64,000 nt of DNA from Paraspadella gotoi (taxonomy: Eukaryota; Animalia; Chaetognatha), in NCBI GenBank assembly GCA_051294375.1, contig CM119264.1:26693298-26757297 (forward strand). Direction: 5' to 3'. Made by a program: the position numbers and the translations under genes. A model generated the notes under the pieces. It did not search any database and was not told the origin of the DNA. It saw only the letters and a list, made by a program, of their open reading frames with translations. Shown piece by piece: positions 1-12,076 of the stretch (the stretch's first letter is position 1; every line of letters begins with the position of its first letter).

Positions 1-81
1 ACTCCCAACATGTCCGCCGTCGATTTTCCGCTCGCGTCTCTCGAAAATTATGGAGTCGTCGCCTTCACCTTCGGAACTCAT
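1..81 (-). CDS. Possible 5' coding fragment running off the window (MSSEGEGDDSIIFERRERKIDGGHVGS)
   Basis: Manual translation. GAAATG start context and an open, protein-like frame to the window edge; no homology recognised. Confidence 0.2.
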   Translation of the reverse strand, partial: MSSEGEGDDSIIFERRERKIDGGHVGS

Positions 82-244
82 TTCCGATGGCGCGGGATTC
101 GTCGTCGTTGTTGTCGTTGTTATCGTTGTCCTCGTCTTTAACGAAAAGCTTTTGTGTTGATTTTGTTATTAATGTTGTTAAATTTTGTTAATGCTGACGA
201 AGTTCCAAATTTCCAATTTTTTTTTTTAAATAAAAAAGTGAAAA

Positions 245-388
245 AGAATCTCCGCCGCCGCAGAAAATACTTTGCTGCGTCGTTCTCCGTAATCGCAGCA
301 GCCTCTCCGCAATACTCAACCTGGATTCGATAGTTAACCTCCTCCTTCTGAACCCAAGACTTTAACTCTTCTGAAGAAGGCTGAACGA
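245..388 (-). CDS. Coding-like fragment (VQPSSEELKSWVQKEEVNYRIQVEYCGEAAAITENDAAKYFLRRRR); exon or TE-ORF relic
   Basis: Stop-free complex frame between low-complexity tracts; no clear splice sites; family not recognised. Confidence 0.25.
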
Positions 389-408
389 GGGAGAGAGAGA
401 GAGGAGAG

Positions 409-473
<65 letters not shown>

Positions 474-2218
474 AGAAACGCTAGAATGGAAGGAAGAAAG
501 AAAAAAAAATGAGAAAAATGTTTAATGGCTCGTAAAAATGGTTCACTTACTCTCTGGTAGAGGGACGACGGCCACGTGCGTAAACATTTCCTCTCTACTC
601 CTCTCACTCTCTCTCTCTCCGTTTGCTGCCTCTCGTCTTTCCTTTTCGCTGACTTCTCCTCTCTCTCTCTCTTTCTCCCTCACTGTCTATTTCTTCCCGA
701 CCTTCGGTTTATCTCTCCACACAGGAATCAATAGAATCCTGGGGATTTGAAAGATTTCCAGTCATCCTTTAATGGCGGAAAATCTTTGGGCTTAAAAAAA
801 GTGAAGTTGTGAGAGGAGGTGGAGGAGGAGGAGGAGGAGGAAGGAGAGAAGAGAGAGAATAAGACGATAAGGATGTACAGGGAGACCTAAAAACCCGGAG
901 TGGTTGGAAGGAAGCGGTCGGGACATAAAATTAGGCGTAACCGAAAATGGTATAATGACACGGCGATGTACGCCAACCTTCCCTTATTATGTATGATGAT
1001 GATGTCCTGGGGTTGCCCGCGCGCCGCCCGCGTCGCCGCGTGCCGCCCACGCGCGCCCACCCGAGCACCAGCATTGATGGTTTTCAGCTCGACTTGGTTT
1101 CCGTATTTGTTGTCGTCGTCGTTCTTTATTCTGTGGTCGTTGTCGTCGTCGTCTTTTTCGTCGTCGGTGGAACCTGAAAATGTGACGACCCATGAAAAAA
1201 AGGTTCGTTGTTATCCTAAGATTGGATCGGTTTCATGACGACGATGTTCAAAGATCGACATCAATTTCTTGCCGCGATGAAAAAAAAATTAATTCCGCGT
1301 CATATTTTCTTTTCCTGTCACACATTTTAGTTTTGTTAATATGCTCCTACTTCTAATTCTTTTTTATCTCATCCTAGTTCCTCTTTTTTATAAACGTCCT
1401 CCCACGTTCCTTTCCTTTTTCATACTTCCATATCTATCATTTTCTCCATCTTTTTCTCCCATTTTTTCACGCTCCCCTCTCTTTTTCATATTTCCCATAT
1501 TTCCATATCTAACCTATCGATATTTCTCTTCCATAGTCCTTTTCCTTAACTCCCACCCTCATACTTCCCCGCTTCGAACACCGACTTTTTACAATCCTCT
1601 TCCTCTCGGCTCAATGCATCTCTGTCTCGAACTAACCACCTTACCCCCCATGTTCTTCTTTTTTTTTTTCTCTCGTCCTCTTTCTTCTTCTCTTGCCTCT
1701 TTCTTATTTTCCCGCTTTCTTCGCTCGAGTTCTCATTCCAGCTGTCTGCTGCCTTTTATGGTTCATTAACGTTATCATAATCATTATTTGTCTCTGGACT
1801 TCTCGGGGGCGGAGAGTAGAGAGAGAGAGAGAGAGAGAGAGATGAGTAGAGAGAGAGAGAGGATAGAGAGAGAGGAGAGAGGAGAAGGGAGAGAGAGAGA
1901 AGAGAGAGAGCAGAGAGAAGAGAGAGAGACTCCTGTAGAAGAGAAGAACTCTTTTTTTCCCTTTTAGAAGGAAAAACGCTTAGGCGGGACAAGGGCAGAG
2001 GAGAAGGACTAGAGAATCTCTTTTGAGAGGACGTTTGTGTTGTGAACGATTCACGAAATCACAATTTTCCAGATGAACAATAGTCGGCCAAATCATGTAA
2101 TATTTCTATAAACAATAAGATAATCGGGAAAGGTGTTGCGGTTGTTAATTTCTTTCTCCTTGCCTTTCTTTCTCATCGAACTCTTTCTTTATTAATTCGC
2201 TTCTTTTTTAATTCTCTC
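389..2218 (+). repeat. Copy 1 of a ~1.7-1.8 kb tandem duplication (probable gap-fill artefact)
   Basis: Colinear with 2244-3924 from ACGCTAGAA... to ...AATTCGCTTCTTTTTT. Differences are mostly small indels; the copies are separated by exactly 25 N. Confidence 0.9.
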
Positions 2219-2243
2219 NNNNNNNNNNNNNNNNNNNNNNNNN

Positions 2244-2312
<69 letters not shown>

Positions 2313-3924
2313 GCTAGAAATGAAGGAAGAAAGAAAAAAAATGAGAAAAAATGTTTAATGGTCCGTAAAAATGGTTCCACTTTCCTGGTAGAGGGAGACG
2401 CGGCCACGTGCGTAAACATTTCCCTCTCACTCCTCTCACTCTCTCTCTCTCCGTTTGTCTGCCTCTCGTCTTTCCTTTTCGCTGCTCTCTCTCTCTCTCT
2501 CTCTTTCTCCCTCACAGCTCTATTTCTTCCCGACCTTCGGTTTATCTCTCCACACAGGAATCTAAGAATCCTGGGGATTTGAAAGATTTCCAGTCATCCT
2601 TTAATGGGGAAAATCTTTGGGCTTAAAAAAAGTGAAGTTGTGAGAGGAGGTGGAGGAGGAGGAGGAGGAGGAGAGGAGAAGAAGAAGAGGAATAAGACGA
2701 TAGGATGTACAGGGAGACCTAAAAACCCGGATGTGGTTGGAAGGACAGGGTCGGGCATAAAAAATAGGCGTAACCGAAAATGGTATAATGACACGGCGAT
2801 GTACGCCCCCACCTTCCCCATTATTATGATATGAATGTCCTGGGGTTGCCCGCGCGCCGCCGCCGCCGGCCGCCTGCCGCCGCCGCCCCGCCACGCAGCA
2901 GTTGATGGTTTTCAGCTCGACTTGGTTTCCGTATTTGTTGTCGTCGTCGTCTTTATGTGGTTGTCGTCGTCGTCGTCGTCGGTGGAACCTGAAAATCGTG
3001 AAACGACCCATGAAAAAAAAGGTTCGTTGTTATCCTAAGATTCGGATCGGTTTCCATGACGACGAGTTTCAAAGATCGCACTCAATTTCTTCCGCCGGAT
3101 GAAAAAAAAATTAATTCCGCGTCATATTTTCTTTTCCTTCGCACACATTTTAGTTTTGTTAATATGCTCCTACTTCTATTCCTTTTTTATCTCATCCTAG
3201 TTCCTCTTTTTTATAAACGTCCTCCCACGTTCCTTTCCTTTTTCATACTTCCATATCTATCATTTTCTCCATCTTTTTCTCCCATTTTTTCACGCTCCCC
3301 CTCTTTTTCATATTTCCCATATTTCCATCTAACCATCGCATACTTCTCCCTTCATAGTCCTTTTGCCTTAACTCCCCCACCTCATACTCCCCGCTTCGCC
3401 AACCACTTTTTATACAATCCTCTTCCCGTCCTTCGGTCTCAAGCACTCCTGTCTCGAACTAACCACTTTACACCCATGCTTCTTGCTTTTTTTTCTCATC
3501 TCCTCTGCTCTCTCTCTTTCTTTCTTCTTCTTCCTCTTTCTTATTTTCCCGCTTTCTCGCTCGAGTTCTCATTCCACTGTCTGCTGCCTTTTATGGTCTC
3601 ATTAACGTTATCATAATCATTATTGTCTCTGGACTTCTCGGGGGCGGGAGAGTGAGAGAGAGAGAAAGAGAGAGAAACTCCTCCCAACTTCTTAGAAGGA
3701 AACGCTTAGGCGGACAAGGGCAGAGGAAAGACAGAGAATCTCTTTTGAGAGGACGTTTGTGTGTGAACGATTCACGAATCACAATTTTCCAGTGAAAATA
3801 TCGGCCAATCATTAATATTTCTAATAAACAATACAGATAATCGGGAAAGGTGTTGCAGGTTGTTAATTCTTTCTCTTCCTTTCTTCTCATAAACCTCTTT
3901 CTTTATCTAATTCGCTTCTTTTTT
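2244..3924 (+). repeat. Copy 2 of the tandem duplication
   Basis: Direct alignment by eye to 389-2218. Confidence 0.9.
2594..2988 (-). CDS. Possible low-complexity exon inside the duplicated block
   Basis: Minus-strand acceptor TTTTCAG precedes 2988 and is present in both copies. Overlapping open frames (KDDDDNKYGNQVELKTINC..., MGKVGAYIAVSLYHF...); frame uncertain because of indels. Confidence 0.2.
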
Positions 3925-6900
3925 NNNNNNNNNNNNNNNNNNNNNNNNNNNNNNNNNNNNNNNNNNNNNNNNNNNNNNNNNNNNNNNNNNNNNNNNNNNN
4001 NNNNNNNNNNNNNNNNNNNNNNNNNNNNNNNNNNNNNNNNNNNNNNNNNNNNNNNNNNNNNNNNNNNNNNNNNNNNNNNNNNNTCTCTCTCCACTTCCAC
4101 GATCCCCTTACACTAACACTTCTCTCTTTTTCCTCACCAATCCTTGACTAAAGAGAGAAATGAACTTTTCATCAAGAAGAAAGAAAAAAGAAAAAAAAAG
4201 AAAAAAAGAAAAGAAAGGAAAAGAAAAGAAAAGAAAAGAAAAGTAAGACGAATCCTCGAGCTCGTGTCGATATCTTTCCTCAGAACTTTCCCATTGCATC
4301 TGACTCACCCTCATCCCCGATTGTCCAAGATTTCACAGCCTATGACCTCTTTCATTCAGCCATAGCGGCTCTCCCTTCGAACCACAATGGCCCACAATCA
4401 TTTTTAAGAGAAACAAGCTGACTAGTTCCCCCCGGCTTTCCATTTCTCCAATGTACTTTCCCTTAAGATCTGCAATTCGAACTTTCTAGTTTTCTTTCCT
4501 TTCCTCCTTCGTTCCCTGCCCTCACTGTTACCTCTTCCTTTCCTCCCAATATTAGCCTACCCCTTTCCTCCCTTTCTTCTTCAACCACTTTTCTCTCCTC
4601 CTCCTCCTCCTTTTCCTTTTCTCTTTCTCCTCCTACTCCTCCTCCTTTCCTCCCCCAAACGACGTGTCTTCGGTCACCGAAGGTCGTTTTAAATGTTGTC
4701 CACCTTCGAGTGAAGACGAAAGCCTTTAAGAGAAGTAAAAAGGGTTGAGAGAAGTGAGAGAAGTGAGGGAAGTGAGATAAGTGAGAGAAGTGAAAAGGAA
4801 AAAAAGTTCAATAGATGTATAAGTGTAACAAAAAAAATAAAACGTTTTTAAAGATGAAAGAAAAAANNNNNNNNNNNNNNNNNNNNNNNNNNNNNNNNNN
4901 NNNNNNNNNNNNNNNNNNNNNNNNNNNNNNNNNNNNNNNNNNNNNNNNNNNNNNNNNNNNNNNNNNNNNNNNNNNNNNNNNNNNNNNNNNNNNNNNNNNN
5001 NNNNNNNNNNNNNNNNNNNNNNNNNNNNNNNNNNNNNNNNNNNNNNNNNNNNNNNNNNNNNNNNNNNNNNNNNNNNNNNNNNNNNNNNNNNNNNNNNNNN
5101 NNNNNNNNNNNNNNNNNNNNNNNNNNNNNNNNNNNNNNNNNNNNNNNNNNNNNNNNNNNNNNNNNNNNNNNNNNNNNNNNNNNNNNNNNNNNNNNNNNNN
5201 NNNNNNNNNNNNNNNNNNNNNNNNNNNNNNNNNNNNNNNNNNNNNNNNNNNNNNNNNNNNNNNNNNNNNNNNNNNNNNNNNNNNNNNNNNNNNNNNNNNN
5301 NNNNNNNNNNNNNNNNNNNNNNNNNNNNNNNNNNNNNNNNNNNNNNNNNNNNNNNNNNNNNNNNNNNNNNNNNNNNNNNNNNNNNNNNNNNNNNNNNNNG
5401 CGGCTGGCTTGGCTGTAGCGGCGTCGGCTTCGGCGCCGGCGGCTTTGCTGACTCCGCTGTTGACCGACGCCGTCGGCTTTAGTTCTTGACCGACGCGTCA
5501 AGGGAAAAAAAAGCGAGACCGACAAGCGATGGTTGTCGATATTAATCTATTAGGTATCCCCTAGGTCGTGCGTTCGATTCCTGGTTGTGATCCTGTTTAA
5601 ATAATGAAAAAATTATGAGTCTCTCTGACCGTACTGACGTACTGATCTTCATTTATGTGATCAATCATATCAACTCTCTATTCTTTTTTGAGTCTCATTA
5701 TCGTCTCTAAATTAAAATCACAATTTTTAATGACCATTTATCTCTAATGACGATCTCACATCTTCACGTCCGGTGTGTTGCGTCTCCCAACCGGCGATTA
5801 TCTTTTAATTCTCTTCGTCGTAGCGACGAATTCGTCCTTCAATCGTCGTCGTCGCTCGTTCCGGTTGCTGTTGCCGCAAATGCCGCATCCGCTAATCTGA
5901 CGCAACCTCATCGACGATCGGTTGTTGTTGTTGTTGTTGTTGTTGNNNNNNNNNNNNNNNNNNNNNNNNNNNNNNNNNNNNNNNNNNNNNNNNNNNNNNN
6001 NNNNNNNNNNNNNNNNNNNNNNNNNNNNNNNNNNNNNNNNNNNNNNNNNNNNNNNNNNNNNNNNNNNNNNNNNNNNNNNNNNNNNNNNNNNNNNNNNNNN
6101 NNNNNNNNNNNNNNNNNNNNNNNNNNNNNNNNNNNNNNNNNNNNNNNNNNNNNNNNNNNNNNNNNNNNNNNNNNNNNNNNNNNNNNNNNNNNNNNNNNNN
6201 NNNNNNNNNNNNNNNNNNNNNNNNNNNNNNACATTATCTTTTATCCCGGTTTCATTACAGGGCGATTTTTCTTCATAAAGTCACGGTTTCTCAAATCTGA
6301 GACAAGAGGAAAAGGGGGAGAGTAGGGAGAGAAAAAGATGGAGAGAGAGAGACGTAAAGCGAGAGTGAGAGATAGAGAGAGAGGGAGAAATGAAAAAATC
6401 CATTAACTCGTGACGGGAGAGAGAGAGAGAGGGGGGGAAGTTACCGAATCATTAATACCCTTGGATCCATTAATAACGATGCATTTCGAGCGAAACCGGA
6501 CGAGAGAGGTAAAGAGAGGAAGAGGGGAAAGAGAGGTGAAACAGAGAGAAGAAGAGGAAGAAGAGAGGAAGATGAACACAAAATGTTAACGCGGGATAAT
6601 ATAATGTAATATGAACCCAAATATGATNNNNNNNNNNNNNNNNNNNNNNNNNNNNNNNNNNNNNNNNNNNNNNNNNNNNNNNNNNNNNNNNNNNNNNNNN
6701 NNNNNNNNNNNNNNNNNNNNNNNNNNNNNNNNNNNNNNNNNNNNNNNNNNNNNNNNNNNNNNNNNNNNNNNNNNNNNNNNNNNNNNNNNNNNNNNNNNNN
6801 NNNNNNNNNNAGAAAGAAAGGAAGGGAGGAACGAAGGAAAAAGACTAAAAAAAAGAATGGATGGAAGGATGAAAGGATAGAGAGAAAGAATAAAAAGACG

Positions 6901-7723
6901 AATGAATAAAAGATAAAAAAGAAAATAATAGAGAAATTCACTTTCCTTTTCGGCCTTCGTCCTCCCCGTCTCTCTCCCCCTCTCTCTCCCCCCTCCCTTT
7001 TGTCCCTCTCAATTCTCGAATGCTGATGAGGNNNNNNNNNNNNNNNNNNNNNNNNNNNNNNNNNNNNNNNNNNNNNNNNNNNNNNNNNNNNNNNNNNNNN
7101 NNNNNNNNNNNNNNNNNNNNNNNNNNNNNNNNNNNNNNNNNNNNNNNNNNNNNNNNNNNNNNNNNNNNNNNNNNNNNNNNNNNNNNNNNNNNNNNNNNNN
7201 NNNNNNNNNNNNNNNNNNNNNNNNNNNNNNNNNNNNTCTCTCTCTCTCCCTCTCTTTCTCCGTCCCACGGTTTTTAGTCACTTCCTCTATTTTTCTTGGT
7301 CACTCACTTTCCTCGTCTCCTCAGAATCACAGAGTCACGCGATCACGCGCGATCAAAATTCTCGCACGTGATTGCCCGACGTCAGGACTCTATCTCTATC
7401 CTTCTTGTTCTCTGTCTCGCTTTTTTTCCTCGTTATCTCTCTCTCTCAGTCGTGTGCGGATTCATGCGAGGGGACAGAGACTGACCACTGACGACCGACC
7501 AGAGACCACATAGGATTTTTGTGAGAGTGTGAGAATCCGTGACTGTGAGAAAACGCGGGAAACTCTTTTGAGTGAATGGAAACGCTCCACAGGGAACCTG
7601 GCGANNNNNNNNNNNNNNNNNNNNNNNNNNNNNNNNNNNNNNNNNNNNNNNNNNNNNNNNNNNNNNNNNNNNNNNNNNNNNNNNNNNNNNNNNNNNNNNN
7701 NNNNNNNNNNNNNNNNNNNNNNN

Positions 7724-7858
7724 GAAAGTCAATTTGGATAATGGTGGGAGACTCGCTGTGGTCATCTTCCTAATTTTCATCTTTTTGGTCTCATTTCTCT
7801 TTTTGGTCAAATTTCCTCGAACGGGGTCATATCTTGGCCTCAGACGAGAGACGCATTT
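7724..7858 (-). CDS. Candidate internal exon (KCVSRLRPRYDPVRGNLTKKRNETKKMKIRKMTTASLPPLSKLTF), truncated by a gap
   Basis: Acceptor GAATTAG before 7858; one frame is open to the N gap; downstream of the 8.6 kb first exon on the same strand. Confidence 0.3.
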
Positions 7859-8252
7859 CTAATTCATAAAAATAAAATTTTCATTTAAGGCTTTCCACGC
7901 GAACTCTTTAAGATTTATCTTAATGCAATATATATATATATATATATATATATTGTAATGAGGATTAATAAGCCCAGTAATAAATACCCCGTTAAATTCG
8001 TTATTTCCAACTTTTTCATTTNNNNNNNNNNNNNNNNNNNNNNNNNNNNNNNNNNNNNNNNNNNNNNNNNNNNNNNNNNNNNNNNNNNNNNNNNNNNNNN
8101 NNNNNNNNNNNNNNNNNNNNNAATGAATGAATGAATGAATGAAATAAAGAAAGAAAGAAATTTCTGATTCGATCCTTTGGTAAATATCATATGAAAGAAT
8201 GGATGTTCGACACAAGATCAACGACCAAGACAACAACAACAACAACAAAAAT

Positions 8253-8290
<38 letters not shown>

Positions 8291-8592
8291 AAGGGAGAGA
8301 TAAGAGAATAAGAAGATCTTGATTCATCGAGAAAGACAAGAAAAACGTTGACAGAAACGAGTCAATTTTGTTCTGCGAGAGAAAAGAAAGAGGAAAGTAA
8401 AGAAAAGAAAGTGAAAAAAAGGAAAATGAAAATCTGAAACAAAGAGGAAAGTAAAGAAAAGAAAGAGTGAAAAAAAGAAAAAGAAAATAAATTTATTCGC
8501 GCGAATTCTCTGATTTTTTCTCGACGTCGAGATTTTTAGACGCAAATCGCAAAAACGAGAATTTTCGCGGATAAGAAAAAAATAAATAAAAC

Positions 8593-8677
8593 CTGCGCAG
8601 TCTCTTCGGCTTTGATCTGCTTTCTTTGCTCTTTTTTTTTTTTTTTGTGCCTTAGTTTTTTTCCCTTTTTCCGCCAT
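8593..8677 (-). CDS. Candidate first coding exon, Lys-rich (MAEKGKKTKAQKKKKRAKKADQSRRDCA)
   Basis: Strong AAAATGGCGG start context and a CAG|GTTTTA donor. Upstream GTAAGT donors at about 8892 and 9023 suggest 5' UTR exons. Confidence 0.45.
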
Positions 8678-8826
8678 TTTCCAAACTTTTTTTCTCAAAT
8701 CGACGAATTTTAAAGAGGGAGTCACGGTCGCGGAGAGATAAACAAACAAAAATGAGGAGAGATAAACAAACAAATTGTCGAAGTGAAGAAAAAAGTGAAA
8801 AAAAAGCGACAAACCTGAGCGAAGAA

Positions 8827-8883
<57 letters not shown>

Positions 8884-9228
8884 CTAACTTACTTTGGTAA
8901 GCAAATATTTGTGTTCTTATTTGGAACAGAAAGTTCTTGGTTCCGTTGTCTCTCAAATGTCAGAAAAGATTTAGAAAAACAAGTTTCTCACTCTGATCAT
9001 CACTTTCTATAATCCTCACTTACCTCACATTCACGTTTTCTTTCACACCTGGGACACATCTCACATCTCACATCTCAATCCTCAGATTCATAGCGACATT
9101 GTTTCACTCTTCGCTGCAAGAGGCAGTTTTTAATTTTTTTTCACATTATTTTTTGTTTAAACCAGAAAAAATTATGGTAATAAATTTAAAACCCAATAAC
9201 CTCGAATTACTGTTTTATTTTTTTCCTA

Positions 9229-9239
9229 TGCGCATGCGC
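9229..9239. promoter_or_regulatory. NRF1/Ewg-type palindrome TGCGCATGCGC
   Basis: Matches the NRF1 consensus and lies just upstream of the putative minus-strand gene. Confidence 0.4.
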
Positions 9240-9312
9240 CTCGTCTCCTTGTCAGACGAAATTCCCATAAATATTTTTCATTATCGAAACTCAATACATG
9301 CTTTGTTGTTTT

Positions 9313-9365
<53 letters not shown>

Positions 9366-10504
9366 CTCATCTCGTCTTCTTTCTCTTCTCTCCCCTGAAT
9401 CTAGTTCATGTATTTTGTTTTTTACTTCCTAGCTAAATACAAAAGGAATCATAAAAAAAAATGTTTCGCAACAAAACAATTGGATTTTCGCAAGAGTCGT
9501 GTCTTTTGTTGCGAGAAAAGAACAACGTTCTTTGGCTTGAAATTCCAGGGATAAAAGCATACAAAAAAAAACAACATAACCGCATAGTTTGATTTTTTTT
9601 CTTTCATATAAAGAAATCCTTTCGTTTGGCAAATATAATTTTGTTTAAAAAAAAATAAGAAAAAATATATCGAATATAAATAAGTACAGAAAAGGTTGCG
9701 AAAGTTCATTGCTAAGCGAAACGCAATCTGTCGCAAATAGGAGACACGAGGTTTTCCACAGAAGCAGGGAAAAAAAAAAAATATAGCTCTAAGATTTGGA
9801 ACAGCTGCCTTTTCGTCCTATCGAAAAATCGTCGCGTCTTCACGAAAGTCACATGCTCTTTCGCGCTCCCTCGCCCGTCGGCCGTCTCTCCGATTCAAGA
9901 TACAGGACGACACTACTACACCCACCCGCCTCCAACCGAACGCGAAGTAAAATGACACAACAAAACGTAAACGAACCGAAAGGAGAAAATAAAATTGAGC
10001 GAGAAGATTTTTTTAAAAAACAAGAACGGGAATTCAAATGCGCGTTGCCGCGCCGCAGTAACTGCCTATTACGTGTGCTTTTTGTGACATGATATGACAT
10101 ATTAAATGACATGACATGACTATTCATAAGCTTTCTTGGCCCGCGTATTTTATGAAAGCACTTGCATCGGAAATTTTGCTTTTGTCTTTTGTCCTTTATT
10201 TTGAAGGCGGCGCTCGCGAATCCTTAGATTTTTACGTTTTTATCCTGTTTAACAAATGAGCATCAAACTATAATGCAAGTTATGAGCATTTTTAAACTAA
10301 AGTGGAACTGACCGACGGACCGACCGACCCGAAAAGTTACTTTAGAGTTGCTCCGCGAGTAATAAAGGATAGGGGAGGGATGCGGAAATAGGGGGGTCGG
10401 TGAAGGAAGAAGTCAAACAGAAGCGACAACGCACTTAGGCGGATTCGATCCGGGACCCAGAAATCCGGACGAGACACGATGTGAAAACGTGTCTTCGTGA
10501 CAGT

Positions 10505-10584
<80 letters not shown>

Positions 10585-11122
10585 AGAGAGAGAAGAGAGA
10601 GAGAGAAGCGGCGGAAGAAAATACGAGAGAAAATGGCGAGAAAAATTGTGACTTTTGGGTGGAAATTCCCAAAGTTTATTTATCTTTCTTCATCGTTTCT
10701 CCATCAAGTTTCTCATTTTGTTTTGTTTTTTCTCTGTTTTTTTTTTATTTTCCGTATTTTTATTACTAATAAATGCTATATTTGTATTGTTCACTTTTGT
10801 CAGAAAGAATCTCGAGACTAAAAAAATCTCAAAAAGGAATCAGAAAATTTTTGAACATAAAAATCTGGCAATCTCTAACTCTCTCTCTCTCTCGATCTCT
10901 CTTCTCTCCTCTCTCTCTTCTCTCTCGTCTCTCTCTCTCATCTCTCATCTCTCTCTAACTTTTATATCTCAATGGAATCTGCTAAGTGCCTGTCGCTTCT
11001 TCTTTCCGGCTTCCGACTCCCTTTTTCTAAGTAGTAAGATCCGACCACCGCGCCTCTAGCGGGTCTCGCGCGTACAACGCCTCTTTCGTGTTTCCAACAC
11101 CTTCGTGCGAAGTCTTCAGTTA

Positions 11123-11227
11123 CCAATCAGGAGAGCGGATTGGAAAAGTCACTGTCTCGATTCCAACCAATCGGTGACGTCGCCGGTCGACCGTTTGACC
11201 AATGGGAGACGCATTCGACCGGCCAAT
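11123..11227. promoter_or_regulatory. Cluster of five CCAAT boxes plus a TGACGTC (CRE-like) site; NF-Y-type promoter candidate
   Basis: CCAAT at 11123, 11167, 11199 and 11223, ATTGG at 11139, TGACGTC at 11175. CpG-rich; followed by a CAG|GTAAGG donor near 11411. Confidence 0.55.
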
Positions 11228-11838
11228 CAAACTCTTTCCCGGTCGTAAAAGAAGCTCGATTCCACCTGGAGAATCCAGAATTGAAAAGGAACTCATAAAA
11301 GACGCAATAAAGGTTCGTATGGGTGGAAAATTCTAGGCTACTTCTTTCTTTTTTCTTTCTTTTTGTTTCTCGTTATATTTTCCTCTTTTTCTACTTAACG
11401 GCTTTGGACAGGTAAGGCGAGTCAGTCGGCGGGAAAGAGGCTCATGGTCGCGAGGCAGCCTGACCCGGTCGTGGAAATGTTGTTGTTGTTGTTTGTGGAA
11501 ATACAAAGAAAGTGAATTGGAACTATAACTAAGTCTTTCTATGTTTTTAATTTTCTAGGGATAAAGAGATGCGAGAGATATACTATTATTTTATATACTA
11601 TTTCGAGTGCCGCGAATCTTTATCAAGATGGCCAGAAGGTGTAATAGTATATCTCTGATGCGATCCAAGTTTTTATTATTACATTGACCCGAATTCCAAG
11701 CGGTGTGAAAGATATTGGCAGTCATCCAATCTGGAAGTGAGTTTGTTATTCGCATATCAAGAGGATAGCAATAGTTAAAAGAACGTTTGAAACGACTCCA
11801 CCGATTAATCTGATTAATGTAGTCGGGTATTGCATAAG

Positions 11839-12076
11839 TTCACCCCGCCTATAAGCATGACACCTTCAGTAATAACCCGGTGGCCACTAGGTACCGGGTT
11901 CAATCCTAACCCGGTACCTAACTTGCGGGAAGCGTGAGGTCGGCCGTCGGCCGTAGGCCTGGTTGCACGCCCAGGTACCCGTTCCATGGCTGCTAGAGGG
12001 GGTTATAGAAGTTACGGACATTCATTTTCAGCCCACGCACCGCCTTATCCACACTGGTGAATTTCACCCCGCCTAT
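11839..12076. mobile_element. 238-bp structured GC-rich element bounded by 14-bp direct repeats (SINE/MITE/retrozyme-like, unclassified)
   Basis: TTCACCCCGCCTAT at 11839 and 12063; perfect 13-bp hairpin TAGGTACCGGGTT/AACCCGGTACCTA plus further nested stems; sharp GC contrast with the flanks. Confidence 0.5.

Noticed and set aside
5520-5590. tRNA or tRNA-SINE (GTTCGATTCC B-box)
   Set aside because: No cloverleaf and no convincing A-box upstream.
11855-12076. Hammerhead ribozyme on the minus strand (GAAA-TTCAC-CAGT-GTGGA-TA)
   Set aside because: Stem III is plausible, but the only core candidate is CTGAAGG and stems I and II do not pair.
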